This document shows, piece by piece, positions 11,191 through 24,014 of a DNA stretch of 64,000 bases. Position 1 is the stretch's first letter. Each line of letters starts with the position of its first letter. Under the pieces are notes generated by a model, which was given only the letters and a program-made list of their open reading frames with translations, did no database searches and had not been told where the DNA came from. Origin of the DNA: Octopus vulgaris (lineage: Eukaryota); assembly GCA_951406725.2 (NCBI GenBank), contig OX597821.1:90024001-90088000 (forward strand), written 5' to 3'. Both the position numbers and the translations under genes were made by a program.

Positions 11191-11598
11191 CAATTTCAGA
11201 AACATTAAGGGGGGAAAAATCACTAAGAGACTTAGTGACTGTAACGATTTCTGAGAGCATTCTCACATTGAAGAAATATTTATGTGTATTGGGTAAATAT
11301 CGTTCTACCAGCTTTCCAATCCAGGTTATCCAATCATATCAGTTACCTCCCGGCATAACTCTTCAGTACTTACCAAATCTCAGATATTAAGATATGGCGT
11401 GGACGGATGTAGTAGGCATTGATGATGTCCATTTTCTCCCAAACGTGAAGCAAAGTGCTGCTGAAATATCACTCGACGCTTGAGATTGGATACTGCCATA
11501 CGTCAAAGAGATGATTATGCCTCTTAAGCCGTCACATATTTGTACCTCGAAGCCTATTAAATAGACTCCATCCCTTCGTGTATTTGCTACCACGTATT

Positions 11599-11983
11599 GT
11601 GGAGGCGCAATGGCCCAGTGGTTAGGGCAGCGGACTCGCGGTCGTAGGATCGCAGTTTCGATTCCCAGACCGGGGGTTGTGAGTGTTTATTGAGCGAAAA
11701 CACCTAAAGCTCCACGAAGCTCCGGCAGGAGATGGTGGTGATCTCTGCTGTACTCTTTCACCACAACTTTCTCTCACTCTTACTTCCTGTTTCTGTTCTA
11801 CCTGTATTTCAAAGGGCCGGCCTTGTCACTCTCTGTGTCACGCTGAATATCCCCGAGAACTACGTTAAGGGTACACGTGTCTGTGGAGTGCTCAGCCACT
11901 TACACGTTAATTTCACGAGCAGGCTGTTCCGTTGATCGGATCAACCGGAACCCTCATCGTCGTAACCGACGGAGTGCTTCCAC
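11599..11983 (+). mobile_element. SINE family S2, tail type 1
   Basis: A box TGGCCCAGTGG, B box GTTTCGATTCC; 13-bp TSD accacgtattgtg. Confidence 0.95.
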
Positions 11984-14419
11984 ACCACGTATTGTGCAAT
12001 GCTCTTTTTTTCTAACTCCCCCTTTTAAAGTGATGACCAGACCTCTTCTGATCTATTATTCTCTATAAGTATATGGTTGCCAAAATAACAGAATTTACTT
12101 TGATATTTCTCATTAACTAACTTGCTAATCCTAATTTTGCAAACTATGTGTGTTGCGAATTACGTGCTACATTTTTACCTGCTAATCAAGTTTTTGTAAG
12201 TGTTTTATGTCCATCTGTAAAATACACGTAATCAGACATCTAAATATGTGGCTATACAACGCTTTTCTAACCCATTGGCTTAAAAACCATTTAAATATGG
12301 TCTAGGTTACATTAAATGGTTTGTCCGTGTTTACTTAAGAAATTCTAGAGTATGTTATATCATAATTGCATGCGAACTTCTATCACTGTTCCTATATAAA
12401 CATCTATAAACATCCCCCTGTGTAAAGAAAGCATTCTGATTTGTTCAGGAACAACATTTCATTTTCAAGGACCTGGAAGATTTATGTAGAAGAATTGCGA
12501 ATGACTTGATACACTGATTAATATATCAGGAGATCCGAGGCATTTCTGAAAGTGACCTTACGTTAAGATACTTCTTATTCCATTCACATTTAGATAACAG
12601 GCTCCCTCTATAACTATGGCTGAAATTGAGAGAAACTTAAAGTAAGCCGGTATAACTGGAATGCGTTGCAACTTCTGTGGGAAGTTTGATCGAACCGTAT
12701 TAAAGAAATTATTTAGATCGACAGAGAGGAAAGATTTTATCTTCCTGTAAGTGAAAAAATGGAGCTTTATGACTATCATAATTTCTTTTACTTTGTGGAG
12801 GTCTCCTTTGATTTCTTGACCTTTATATTTAACGTTTTCTACCAAATCCTACTTTTTCGAACAACTAGGATAACCATAAAAATCATTAAAAAGTTTATCC
12901 TAGCTTGCTAGGGGACTTGTAGTTATTTTTATTCCCAACCTACTATTTAGAACTTTACTCTAAAAGCCTCCAACTTGTAGCATGTTGTAGTATCAGAAAC
13001 GTTTAGACTATGTCTATCTAGTTTGTTGGAAAGAGAGCTCCAGAAAATTTTCTGGGTTTGGGTAGAAGCGGGAAGATCTCTTTTTCAATACTGTCACTCA
13101 CATTTGGAAGCTTAATCAACGTACTCGCTTTGACACCCTAGAATCATATCCGTTAATGACACTTACAGCAGCCAGACATATCTAATTCGATTTTATCATT
13201 TTGTGGGAGAAGCAGGAAGGTGGGGCGTGGGCGTTCGAATGTTCTTTTTGTACTTGAAGCATCTAAAATTTTCTTATATTAAACCAATGTCAAATTATTT
13301 GCTCCTCAGCTCTTACCGAGAATAATCGAGCTGGCCTTGTATATCTTTGGCGTATCTTACTGCCTTGAAATATATGTTCACTACGTGACAATCTTCATAT
13401 TTATCCATGCTTACATCGACCAATCTCCTCTAAATTCTTCCTAAAATCAACGACTCTTCACAGTATTGTTATTACCTTCACCTTAAGAACTTTTCTCCTT
13501 ATTCGAAAGAATTGGATGCGTATTCATCGCACATTCATATCAATGTGGCAGTTTTCTAAGCATCATGTTCATTATTAGGTAACGCATTCACTAATCCGAA
13601 AGAAACAAACCAACCCTTTCTCACACGAATCATTTTTTCGTCTACTATTTCTTTAAAATCATTTCTTAGTTGTATTTTTTCTTTCTTTTTCAAGACGTCT
13701 TATCTTGTTGCAGATTTTTATAATAATAAAGTTGTTTTTTTTCTTATTTTACCAATTTTTTTCGTTATGCCTTTTGGAATTGTGACATATCTTCCTTGCT
13801 CCTGACGTATTGCCGAATTTCTTGATTTTGTTTTTCTTCTTTTAAATTTATATCTAAACATATGCGTGAAGCTACGACATTAGCAAATATGCTTTTGCTT
13901 ACTAAGTCTGTTATGTGCTGTTATTTTTCTCTGTTTTATGTTGTGGGGTTTTCTCGGTGTTATGTATTTTGTTTTATGCAAGCATTGTTATTGTTGTGTA
14001 TTATGTTGTGCAAGATAACACTACTGTCGTTTTTGTAGTTCTAAGGCATGTTGTCATATTCTCTTCTCTATTATTTGTGATTATATTTCTGGTCCGAATT
14101 TCTATATAAATATGTTATTTTTACTATTGTCTGAAACATTTCAATATATTACCGTTCATCGACGAAGGGATGGGCCTACCATCGTTGCCAAAGTGAACAT
14201 CCGTTGACAGCTGCCCTGCCAAACATTTTGTATGGAGCAGAAACGAAATAACAAAATAAAAAGCTTAAGAACAAGCAATAAAGTTTAACTTGATTTCGAA
14301 GAGAAACAGCAAATTCAAAGTAGAAACTGAAGAGATGACAAATATGTTAAAATCCAACAGCAACAATGACAAAAAACAATAACAACAACAACAACAGCAA
14401 TACTAATAATTTTTTTTAA

Positions 14420-14760
14420 CATAGACACAGATCCAAAAATTTGAGGAAGGGAGTTACTCGCTTAAATCGACATTAGTTCAAGATTGGTACCTAATTTTAT
14501 CGAACCAGAAGAATGACCCTGGCAGATTTCGCAATGTTAAGAACTCTAATAAAAAACTAGCAAGGAATGTTTCCAAAACTTGCAAGATGGTTCTGTCAAT
14601 TCATCGTCAGATAATTAACAGTAATTGTTCTTAAAGTACGAAATTTGGAGGAAGTGGTTAGTCTACACCACTGACACTAGTATATGTCTTGTACTTAATT
14701 TACTAAGCCTGGATCGATGAAACTTAAAGACGACCTCAGCAGGGTTTGATTTAGGCTACA
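14420..14760 (-). mobile_element. Two highly decayed S3-type SINE remnants
   Basis: tggtacctaattttatcgaacc and gatgaaacttaaagacgacctcagcagggtttga resemble the S3 body. Confidence 0.5.
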
Positions 14761-14892
14761 ATGTTTATTAGTATAGATAAAATAATTAAGTGTAAGGTTA
14801 GATATTCTTAGAAAGTAGAAAAGATTATAGCATCTTACAATCGATTCATCACACTGATTAGTACTACTGAATGTAATTTTATTAATATGGTA

Positions 14893-15971
14893 CGAGGGGC
14901 GTTCAATAAGTAATGCTCCTGACCCACTTCCCATAGCAGTAGAGCAACGAAACTTGGCACAGTTATTAGTCTTTTTCTACCTAGAAACCACCCAGAGTTA
15001 CGCATTTCTCAAGTCTGCATCATCTGGGAAACGCTTTCCTTTCAAAAACAACTTCATGGCTGGGAAGAGGTGAAAATCCGAGGGTGCAAGGTCAAGAGAG
15101 TAGGGGCATGGGGGGGGGGGAGTTCATAGCCGCACGCCTGTGCTTCTGATCTGGCGACCATCGATTTGTGGACCGGAGCGTTGTCCTGCAGGAGGAGGAT
15201 GCCTTTGCTGATCTTGCCCCGCCTCTTGATTTTGATAGCTTCTCTTAATTTCATCAAAAGTGAAGCATAATAGGCTCCTGTAATTGTGGTACCCTTTGCC
15301 AGGAAATCTGTCATCACTACTTCATCCTGGTCCCAGAAGACTGTGAGCATGACCTTGCTAGCTGAGGGCTGCACCCTTGCCTTTTTTGGAGGAGGTGAGT
15401 CACGGTGCTTCCACTGCATTGACTGGGCTTTTGTCTCTGGATCATTGTGATGGACCCAGGTTTCATCCTGTGTAATCAGTCTTTTGAAAAACTTTGACTC
15501 ATCTTCTTGGCACATCTCCAAATTCGTTCTAGAGCACTCGACGCGTTCTTGCTTCCGGAAAGGTGTGAGCAACCTGGGAATCCATATGGCAGACACCTTT
15601 TGCATACGCAAATGGTCATGAATGATTGGTTTCCACAGACCCGGTACTAATCTTGACCTCATGGGCTATTTGGCGAATAGTTATGCGTCGATCTTCCAAA
15701 ATGGCAGCCTGAACTTGATGGACAGATGCCTCATCAATAGCAGTAGGGGCGACCAGATCTGGGAGCTGTTTCCACAGAGTTCCGACCATGTTTGAATTCA
15801 CAATGCCAGCGTTTTACAAGGTCATATGATGGGGCATCATCACCATAAGTTACTTTCATTTCATCAAAAGTCTCCCGTGGTGTGCGTCCTTTCAAATATA
15901 AAAAGCGGATCACTGCTCGACACTCAACACGCTCCATTTCACACTTGACTCAGTTCAAACACCTGTAAATC
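14893..15971 (-). mobile_element. Mariner transposon (irritans-like), 5' end missing
   Basis: TA + TIR CGAGGGGCGTTCAATAAGTAATG at 14893; no matching second TIR seen. Confidence 0.88.
14968..15937 (-). pseudogene. Mariner transposase pseudogene
   Basis: MERVECRAVIRFLYLKG...RSGRP, WIPRLL, ITQDETWVHH, LLQDNAPVH, DLAPSDFHLF; several frameshifts and a C-terminal deletion. Confidence 0.92.
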
Positions 15972-16246
15972 TGTCTGTTTTTCTATTTATCTTTATGCGT
16001 GTATATATGTATATATGTGTTCGTATATTCAATCACATTTTGTTTTCCCTAAAATATATATCGCTTTTTCCATATCAGAAATATCTACTCTTGTGTCTAT
16101 ATTAGAAGACAATATTAGAATTTTCAGCGTTATTAATCCCATCTTCAGAGTACATCTTTACAGTTGTTGCTTTTATACATTGTTTTGAATCGATTCAAAC
16201 TCTAATCCGCTCCAGGTGTTATAATTTTCTACATACATACATACAT

Positions 16247-16313
<67 letters not shown>

Positions 16314-16864
16314 GTTGTATATATATAATTGTATATATATATATATATATACACACACGGTCTGCAGCTTGATAGATAAGTACATCACTACATTTTAATC
16401 AGTTCGATAAAAGTAGTATTGATGAAAAATATTTTAAATACTCGCGTATAATGGGGAATTAATAACCGTGAAATTATATGCTTCACCCAAGTACAGATAA
16501 GGTGTTTGTGTAGTTTCACCTCAGGTCAATCTTGAACAAGTATGTTTCTCACATATAAGACATTTTACTTTCTATTATACAATGTATTTTTTAAGCAAGT
16601 AAGTGAGTTTTGAGTTAAGGGAGATCGGTTACTATTTTTAGCAGAACATATCACCACTTAACGCGTTCAATATTTTGAATATATATTTTTATTGCTATTT
16701 GTAAGCTTTGCTGCTTGTGTGTATATGTATAATCTATACATAATAGGCATGCGCGTTTATGCCTTTGTGCATTTGATAGTATATTTCAGAGGATCAAATA
16801 TCGTTAACGGTTAAACAAACAAAAATATCTGTCATTTCTTTTTAAAAAATCTCACAATTTGTGC

Positions 16865-17075
16865 GAGCAGTTAAGGCAACCAATCTGGTTGAATTTTAAG
16901 CCCGCTGTGCAAAAATGCTTAGTGGCATTTTATTTCTCTTTACGTTCCGAGTTCAAATTTCGTCGACTTTGACTTACACCCTCCGAAAGAACAAGTACCA
17001 GTTGAGCACCTGGGTCGATATGATTGACTTAGACCCTCCTTATAACTTGCTGACCGTGTGAGCCAAAATCTGAAT
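16865..17075 (+). mobile_element. SINE family S3, diverged
   Basis: aaaatgcttagtggcattt...tacgttccgagttcaaatttcgtcgactttg...aagtaccagttgagcacctgggtcgat. Confidence 0.7.
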
Positions 17076-17142
17076 CCGATGTTTCTCCTTGCATTTGCAA
17101 ACCGTGTCGTTTGTGAATTTATAGGTGTCAATTTGTCTATGT

Positions 17143-17420
17143 GTGGAGGCGCAATGGCCTAGTGGTTAGGGCAGCAGACTCGCAGTCGCAGAATCGCGGT
17201 TTCGATTCCCAGACCGGGCGCTGTGTGTGTTTATTGAGCACACAACGCGAAAATACCTAAAAGCTCCACGAGGGTCTGACAGGGGGTGGTGGTGGTTTCT
17301 TGAGTAACGCCGCGATGGACTGGCGTCCAGTCCAGCTGGGAGGAACACATACGCCACAGAAACCGGGAAACTGGGCCCATGAGAATGGCTAGGCTTGAAA
17401 AGGGTGACGAAGAGAAGACG
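17143..17420 (+). mobile_element. SINE family S2, tail type 2
   Basis: Same tRNA head as 11599 but a different 3' half; perfect 13-bp TSD aatttgtctatgt. Confidence 0.92.
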
Positions 17421-17568
17421 AATTTGTCTATGTAAATTTTTCAACATGTATAGGTGAGTGAATGTCGCTTTGATATTGTTATTTTTTTAAATTAGTAAAT
17501 CATCGTCAAAATGCCCTACTTTAATTTAGTTAATGGTTCTTGCTTTAAGTCCATAATTTTCTACACTA

Positions 17569-17888
17569 GTTGTCCGTATCACGTAATCACGTGACCGACC
17601 AGACCATCAGATGTTGTTACACATCGCTGGTCACAACATGTTTGCATTGTTTTAGCCTTCGAATGACGCCACCCCGCTGGCTAAGCGAGCAGGCCAACAG
17701 AAGAAAGAGTGGGAGAAAGTTGTGGTGAAAGAGCATAGCAGGGATCACCACCATCCCCTGCCGGAGCCTCGTGGAGCTTTTAGGTGTTTTCGCTCAATAA
17801 ACACTCACAACGCCCGGTCTGGGAATCGAAACCGCGATCCTATGACCGCGAGTCCGCTGCCCTAACCACTGGGCCATTACGCCTCCAC
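17569..17888 (-). mobile_element. SINE family S2, tail type 3
   Basis: Head and body as 11599 up to cactctt, then an unrelated tail (ctgttggcctgctcgcttagccagcggggtggcgtc...ggtcacgtgattacgtgat). Confidence 0.9.
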
Positions 17889-18726
17889 ATTTAGTTACTA
17901 CTAGTTAATTGATTGCTAGTTTTCTATTGCTTTTTTTTTTGTATGTCATTTACTGATTCTGATTTTATTGGTGTCATATATTTTTATGCTAATATTTGTG
18001 CTTGTTAGTATTGTTTCATGCGATCTTATTCATGCATAGGTATATTCAACCGTGTGGTCGCATAAATCATTTAGTACACATCTGGCTTCTATATGTGTAG
18101 GCGCATGCATATTGTTTTCGGTGTATATGCATGTACAACTTTTTTCTTTGTGAGCCACTGTATGTAAAAATGTGTTTGTATGTTTTAATTTGTGATTACG
18201 TTTTTGTAATGTATTTGTATGAGAAATTATTTATACATATGATTGCTTTAAATACAGAACTGTTGTATATGCATATATGTGTGTGGCACTTGCGTGGAGG
18301 TCCATATATTTACCGATATGGTTTTTAATTATGGAGCAGCGTATAGGTATATGTGAATATAGTTGTTATACATATGTGACTAGCTATATATCAATCAACT
18401 ACTTGTTGATTAAAATTTTGATAGCTCTTGACTTTAACTAATATCACTTGGAAATATATACATGCATATATACATGCATAACATATATATACATGCATAA
18501 CAGACAGACAAACAGACAAATAGATAGATAGATAAATAGAGAGAGAGAGAGAGAGGGGGAGGGGAGGAAAGGACAGACCGAGAGACCGACATACCGGCAG
18601 ACAGACAAGTGTAACAAAGTCTGCTAACGTAATTTAAAGATTCTTTTTAAGTGAAATAAAATATTAATTTCTATAACACTATTTTGGGTGTGATAAAATA
18701 TTATACTTCATATTATATTTCATATT

Positions 18727-18784
<58 letters not shown>

Positions 18785-19419
18785 TGTATGTATTTATGCA
18801 TGTACGTATGCATGTTTGTATATATGTGTATGTATGCATAGATATTTACGCACGCATACAGATATAAGTATTCATTAATATTGATTTCCTAACATATATA
18901 TACATGTATTTGTATGTATTACGTTTCATTTTCCTTTACTATTCATCAGTGTTTATCATACAGCTCCAATTAAAATAACTCTTGTCTTCTGAACAGCGCT
19001 TCTTTGTTGTTATATTTTCATATTAATCGATGTTGCCGATACCAGTGTATTTGTTGCATTATTTTTATTATTCTTATTGTTCTTGTTTTTGTTTTCTTTT
19101 TCTCTGTAGCTAATTGATGCGGCCACAAACGTTTTTTCCCCTTCTTGTTGGTGTTGCTCTTATTGTTTTGTTGCTAATTGGTACCATCAGTACTGTTGCT
19201 ACTGTTGTGGTGGTTTCTACTGCCATTTGCTGTTGTTTTCGTCACAGCTGCATTTGTTGTTGATTTTATAACTGTTATATAGCTGCCATTGTTGCTGATA
19301 TTTATTTCTTTTTTATCGCTTAGGGAAGTAAAGCGTCCATTATACCTTCAGGGCCTCCGAGGCTCAAGGCAGGATCGGATGTTATCTTCAAAGCAGAAAC
19401 GTAACCAAAATCCTGAAAT

Positions 19420-20210
19420 CATCCAAGAATCAAATGCTAAATCTAATGATGCACTAAAGCTAAAGGTACCAAAAGACTATATGCAAATATAGCCCAAGGT
19501 ATAAATACCAAAAGCATCCAAGGATCAAATGTTAAATGTACTCTTGGGACGAAATACAAGGGCCATCCAAGGACAACACTAAAATGTATTCAAAAGGCAA
19601 ATGTTAAAATTACTTAAGGACCAAATGCTTAATCCCTCATGGACTAAATGCTAACGTCATCAAAAGATAAAATTTAAATGCACATAGGCGCAGGAGTGGC
19701 TGTGTGGTAAGTAGCTTGCTAACCAACCACATGGTTCCGGGTTCAGTCCCACTGTGTGGCATCTTGGGCAAGTGTCTTCTGCTATAGCCCCGGGCCGACC
19801 AATAACTTGTGAGTGGATTTGGTAGACGGAAACTGAAGGAAGCCTGTCGTATATATGTATATATATGTATATGTATGTGTGTGTTTGAGTGTCTGTGTTT
19901 GTCCCCCTAGCATTGCTTGACAACCGATGCTGGTGTGTTTATGTCCCCGTCACTTAGCGGTTCGGCAAAAGGGACCGATAGAATAAGTACTGGGCTTACA
20001 AAGAATAAGTCCCGGGATCGATTTGCTCGACTAAAGGCGGTGCCCCAGCACGGCCACAGTCAAATGACTGAAACAAGTAAAAGAGTAAAAGAGTATAAGG
20101 GTAAAATGCTAAATTTACCAAGAACCATAACTCAAAATTACTTAAGGATAAAAGGGAAGACACCCAAGGACAAAACGATAAATGTATCCAAGGATCAAAT
20201 GTTAATTGTA
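19420..20210. repeat. Degenerate ~23-24-bp minisatellite (consensus ~ATCCAAGGATCAAATGCTAAATGT), about 16 units, split by a SINE
   Basis: Recurrent ccaagga/caaatgYtaa units visible both sides of the 19687 SINE. Confidence 0.7.
19687..20095 (+). mobile_element. SINE family S1, full length
   Basis: A box TGGCTGTGTGG, B box GGTTCAGTCCC, (AAAAGAGT)n tail. Confidence 0.95.
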
Positions 20211-20219
20211 TCTTGGTGT

Positions 20220-20420
20220 TGTTGCTGAGTCCCAGATTAGCCATGATGCATCAGACTTATAATAAAAAAGTATTTCTGCTGTGACTGTTATAATTTTTGT
20301 CCAGACGGTGTATCTATGACTAAATTCCCCAATGAGTTCTCCCTTTTCCGTTTTTTGAGGGCAGCTTGTGTATTTGAGGAAGAATTGACTGCTATTTCTA
20401 AAGCTCAGTGATTGCCTTGT
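20220..20420 (+). repeat. Ancient interspersed repeat (representative copy; motif ..atttgaggRagaWttgRctgctatttcta..)
   Basis: Similar decayed copies near 6720, 16500, 21440, 22460, 23620, 40560, 57530, 60920 and 61130-61550. Confidence 0.55.
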
Positions 20421-21012
20421 TTGTACAACTAATATTGTTAATATTCTTAAAGATTTTCGTTGCTGTTATTACTACTGTTGTAGTTGTTGATTGCACTTAA
20501 AAATTGTTGTTGTTATTGCTGTTCGTATTCTTAATGGTTTGCAGTTGCAGCTGTTAACACTGCGTTTGTTATTGGTGTTGTTATTATTATTGCTATTTTT
20601 GCAGCTGCTGTTGTTTCTCTAGTTATTTTTGTTAGCGTGTGCTGTTGCTGCAGCCACAACCGTTTATACTGCACTGTAGGTGATAGTAGTGCTATTGCTG
20701 TGTGTGTGTGTTTTTTTTTGTTGTTGTTGCTGTCAAAGATTCTGTTGTTTCTGCTTTTGCTGTAGCTACAATTTTTGCTTTTCTTAAGAAGCTAAATAAA
20801 ATTCTATTAAAGCTCAATGGCTTCTTTGTTTCTTTTATTTGCTGACTTAGAAATTTCGACTAAGATAATGTATTTTAAAGGCATAAGATGCATGATTGCA
20901 TCTTAGTAAAAAAAAAGTACTTGCAGTTTAAAATATAGGACATTGCATATATGTTAGAAATATTTATCTTAAAAATATAAAAATATAGATGATACAATAT
21001 TTGTAGTGTACT

Positions 21013-21411
21013 AAGGCGGCGAGCTGCCAGAAACGTTAGTACGCCAGGCGAAATGCTTAGTGGTATTTCGTCTGCCGCTATGTTCTGAGTTCAAATTCCG
21101 CCGAGGTCGACTTTGCCTTTCATACTTTCGGGGTCGATAAATTAAGTACCAGTTACGCACTGGGGTCGATGTAATCGACTTAATACCTATGTCTGTCCTT
21201 GTTTGTCCCCTCTGTGTTTAGCCCTTTGTGGGTAATAAAGAAATAGGTATTTCGTCTGCCGCTATGTTCTGAGTTCAAATTCCGCCGAGGTCGACTTTGC
21301 CTTTCATCCTTTCGGGGTAGATAAATTAAGTACCATTTGCGTACTGGGGCCGATCTAATTGACTGGCCCCCCTCCCTCAAAATTTCGGGCCTTGTTCCTA
21401 GAGTAGAAAAG
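21013..21411 (+). mobile_element. Dimeric SINE family S3 (full unit + 5'-truncated unit with alternative tail)
   Basis: B box GAGTTCAAATTCC twice; junction aaagaaata|ggtatttcgtctgcc; imperfect TSD aatattt.ta.tgta. Confidence 0.92.
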
Positions 21412-21687
21412 AATATTTCTATTGTATTGTTGACAGTGGCTCTTGTGTAACCCTCGGCTAGTCCTGAGCGAGTAGAGATGTGATTGAAGACACTCTTGTT
21501 TTGTCAAACCTTTCAATGTTCTTTTTTTTACTTTTTTACTTTAGTGAATATATTACACAATGTGTCCTGCCTTTTGCATACAATGATTTCAGGGAGATAA
21601 GATTTTGTTGCTAATTCTAGTTAACGAATTGACCTTTTAGAGTCTTGTCTTTCTGCTTTGATATAGCAATATTAAAACATAAGAAGA

Positions 21688-22079
21688 GTGGAGGCGCAAT
21701 GGCCCAGTGGTTTGGGCAGCGGACTCGCGGTCATAGGATCGCGGTTTCGATTCCCAGACCGGGCGTTGTGAGTGTTTATTGAGCGAAAACACCTAAAAGC
21801 TCCACGAGGCTCCGGCAGGGGATGGTGGTGATCCCTGCTGTACTCTTTCACCACAACTTTCTCTCCCTCTTACTTCCTGTTTCTGTTTGTTGTACCTGTA
21901 TTTCAAGGGGCCGGCCTTATCACTCTCTGTGTCACGCTGAATATCCCCGAGAACTACGTTAATGGTGCACGTGTCTGTGGAGTGCTCAGCCACTTACACG
22001 TTAATTTCACGAGCAGGCTCTTCCGTTGATTCGGATCAACTGGAACCCTCGTCGTCGTAACCGACGGAGTGCTTACATC
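21688..22079 (+). mobile_element. SINE family S2, tail type 1
   Basis: TSD cataagaaga; near-identical to the 11599 copy. Confidence 0.95.
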
Positions 22080-23188
22080 CATAAGAAGAAGTACGATTAG
22101 ATCACATGAAGCCGAATTTCACAGGTGATATGAAACATGGCTGCAGACAGAGATGTCATGCTTTATAAATATGTCAATATATCTTACACATATATAACAC
22201 AGGAATAAAAGCATAAATACGCAAGTTCCTATATTATATAAGTTTGCGGTAGCAATTAGAAACCGTTCAACTACAATCAATAATCAGTGGTCATGATCAA
22301 ACAATTATGCTTCTTCCTTGAAGACCAATTAATGCAAAAATAGATGTCGGTGTGTGTAGAATCTAGGGTAGACTGGCTAACTTTTATATAATGTCCGACT
22401 ATTATTGATGAACACAATCTGCTATTACTTGTCACTAATCTATTTTCTAAATTTTTATACAGAATTTGATAGTGAAAGAGTCTCTATGTAATCACACGAT
22501 CTGTTAGAAATAGCAGCATAATATGCTTTAAACAGAATATCTTAACTAGAAACATACTGGATTGTATAATTCAAGGTGAACAATGTGCAAAATACCTCGG
22601 TCGCTGTTGCAAAGCTTTTGATCATCGTTGTGTTTAATCATGATCGACTTAGATTAAAAGATCAACAACATTATACTATAAATTCATTGTTTTCTGATTC
22701 ACTAAAATCTCTCTGCAATTCACTTTAATAAACTATAAAGAATTCAAACAGGGAATTTCACACTATCACATGTTTCCTAGCATCGTGCCTTAATTAGAAA
22801 CAAGCATCATTAAAGCGTAAAAATAGAAGCACAAAATCTCAGTGAAATATTTAAATTGTAAATATAACAATGAAGCTGTATGAAGTGATGTCACTTCCTG
22901 AAGATGATGTTATGTTGTACACAGATCACATTCACAAATCACAATAAACCACAGCTACTAGCTGCAAAATTCACCAGGACATATAAAGAACACCGTTTGT
23001 AGCAGCAGTAAGTTAACCTTAATTATTCCTCTCATTATATGAACTATCATTCCGAAACGTTCTTCTTCAATGCCATCCCCAAAATGTTATCTCAAAATCG
23101 AAATGTCAAGATACCACACATCCACGAAGAAATAGCTCCAGTTTCAATAGCATCAATAACCGCTAACGTATTTATGATTCGTTTAGAC

Positions 23189-23530
23189 CAGGGGTTTTCA
23201 ACCATTTATCTTTGGACCTTCTTCATTACTATTTTATTCTGAGTGATCCCCGTAGCCGTTCGATATTTACAAACTAGTTTTATAGAAACTTCTTTGAAAA
23301 TTCCTTTTTTGTTTTTCACGCATTAACTCGCGTGGGTTCAACTATGTAATATGTTATAGAAAGAAACATGTTTCTTCCAATACATGTCAATATATACAGT
23401 TCAAGCAAATTTTTTTCAGGGGCACTTAAAATACTATCGTGGATTCCCAGTTCCCTATTTTGTTGCGTGGACCCCACAATATCTTATATAGCCCCCCAGG
23501 AGCCATATGAAATCCGGTTGAGAACCACTG
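23189..23530. mobile_element. hAT (Charlie-type) MITE
   Basis: TIRs CAGGGGTTTTCAACC / GGTTGAGAACCACTG; perfect 8-bp TSD GTTTAGAC. Confidence 0.92.
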
Positions 23531-24014
23531 GTTTAGACGAACAGAAAGTGTTGTTCACTGATTCATTCCAACTACATCTCCATTGTGGCAACTTCGAGAA
23601 TCTAGTGGGAGTTCCGATACATATACTCGATCCACTAGAATTTGTTGGCAAACCTCCCTAAAATCAAACCTTATTATTTTTTCAAAAAGCCTCATTGGGT
23701 AATGTAAATTCTGATATGTTCAGAGAAGATGATCATGCTAGAACGCCTTTCATGATTGGTATGATCCATAACAGCCGAACTGGGTATGAACATCACGATC
23801 AGCATACTGGTACAAGCCGCAAAGAGGAAACAATACATGTCCGAATGGCCACGCTACATGTGAAACAATAAGCCATTGAGTAACGAAATTTATTGATGAT
23901 TAAGCATATCTGGAGCAATTGAGCGTTGTTTTTTCCAAGTCCTGCACTCATCTATATTCATGCTGTGATGTATCTGAATCAGACCTGACCCAGGATAGCA
24001 GTATCACCCCAAAC

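Larger units (their letters stand above)
10440..13600 (-). pseudogene. Very decayed non-LTR retrotransposon RT region, interrupted by SINEs; boundaries approximate
   Basis: Ordered remnants on the minus strand: CYKL (12971-12982), SKVLNSRLG (12933-12959), FLSVDLNNFFNTV and LNVNG (ORF 12558-12845), ATYLDV (12235-12252). These resemble YK..SK.L..RL, D..KAFD.V and KYLG. No clear YADD. Confidence 0.35.

Noticed and set aside
11599-11675. tRNA-like sequence (also in S1 and S3 heads)
   Set aside because: SINE heads with TSDs and long bodies; no complete cloverleaf.
16100-16155. Minus-strand CTGAAGA...GAAA
   Set aside because: Stems I-III do not pair convincingly.
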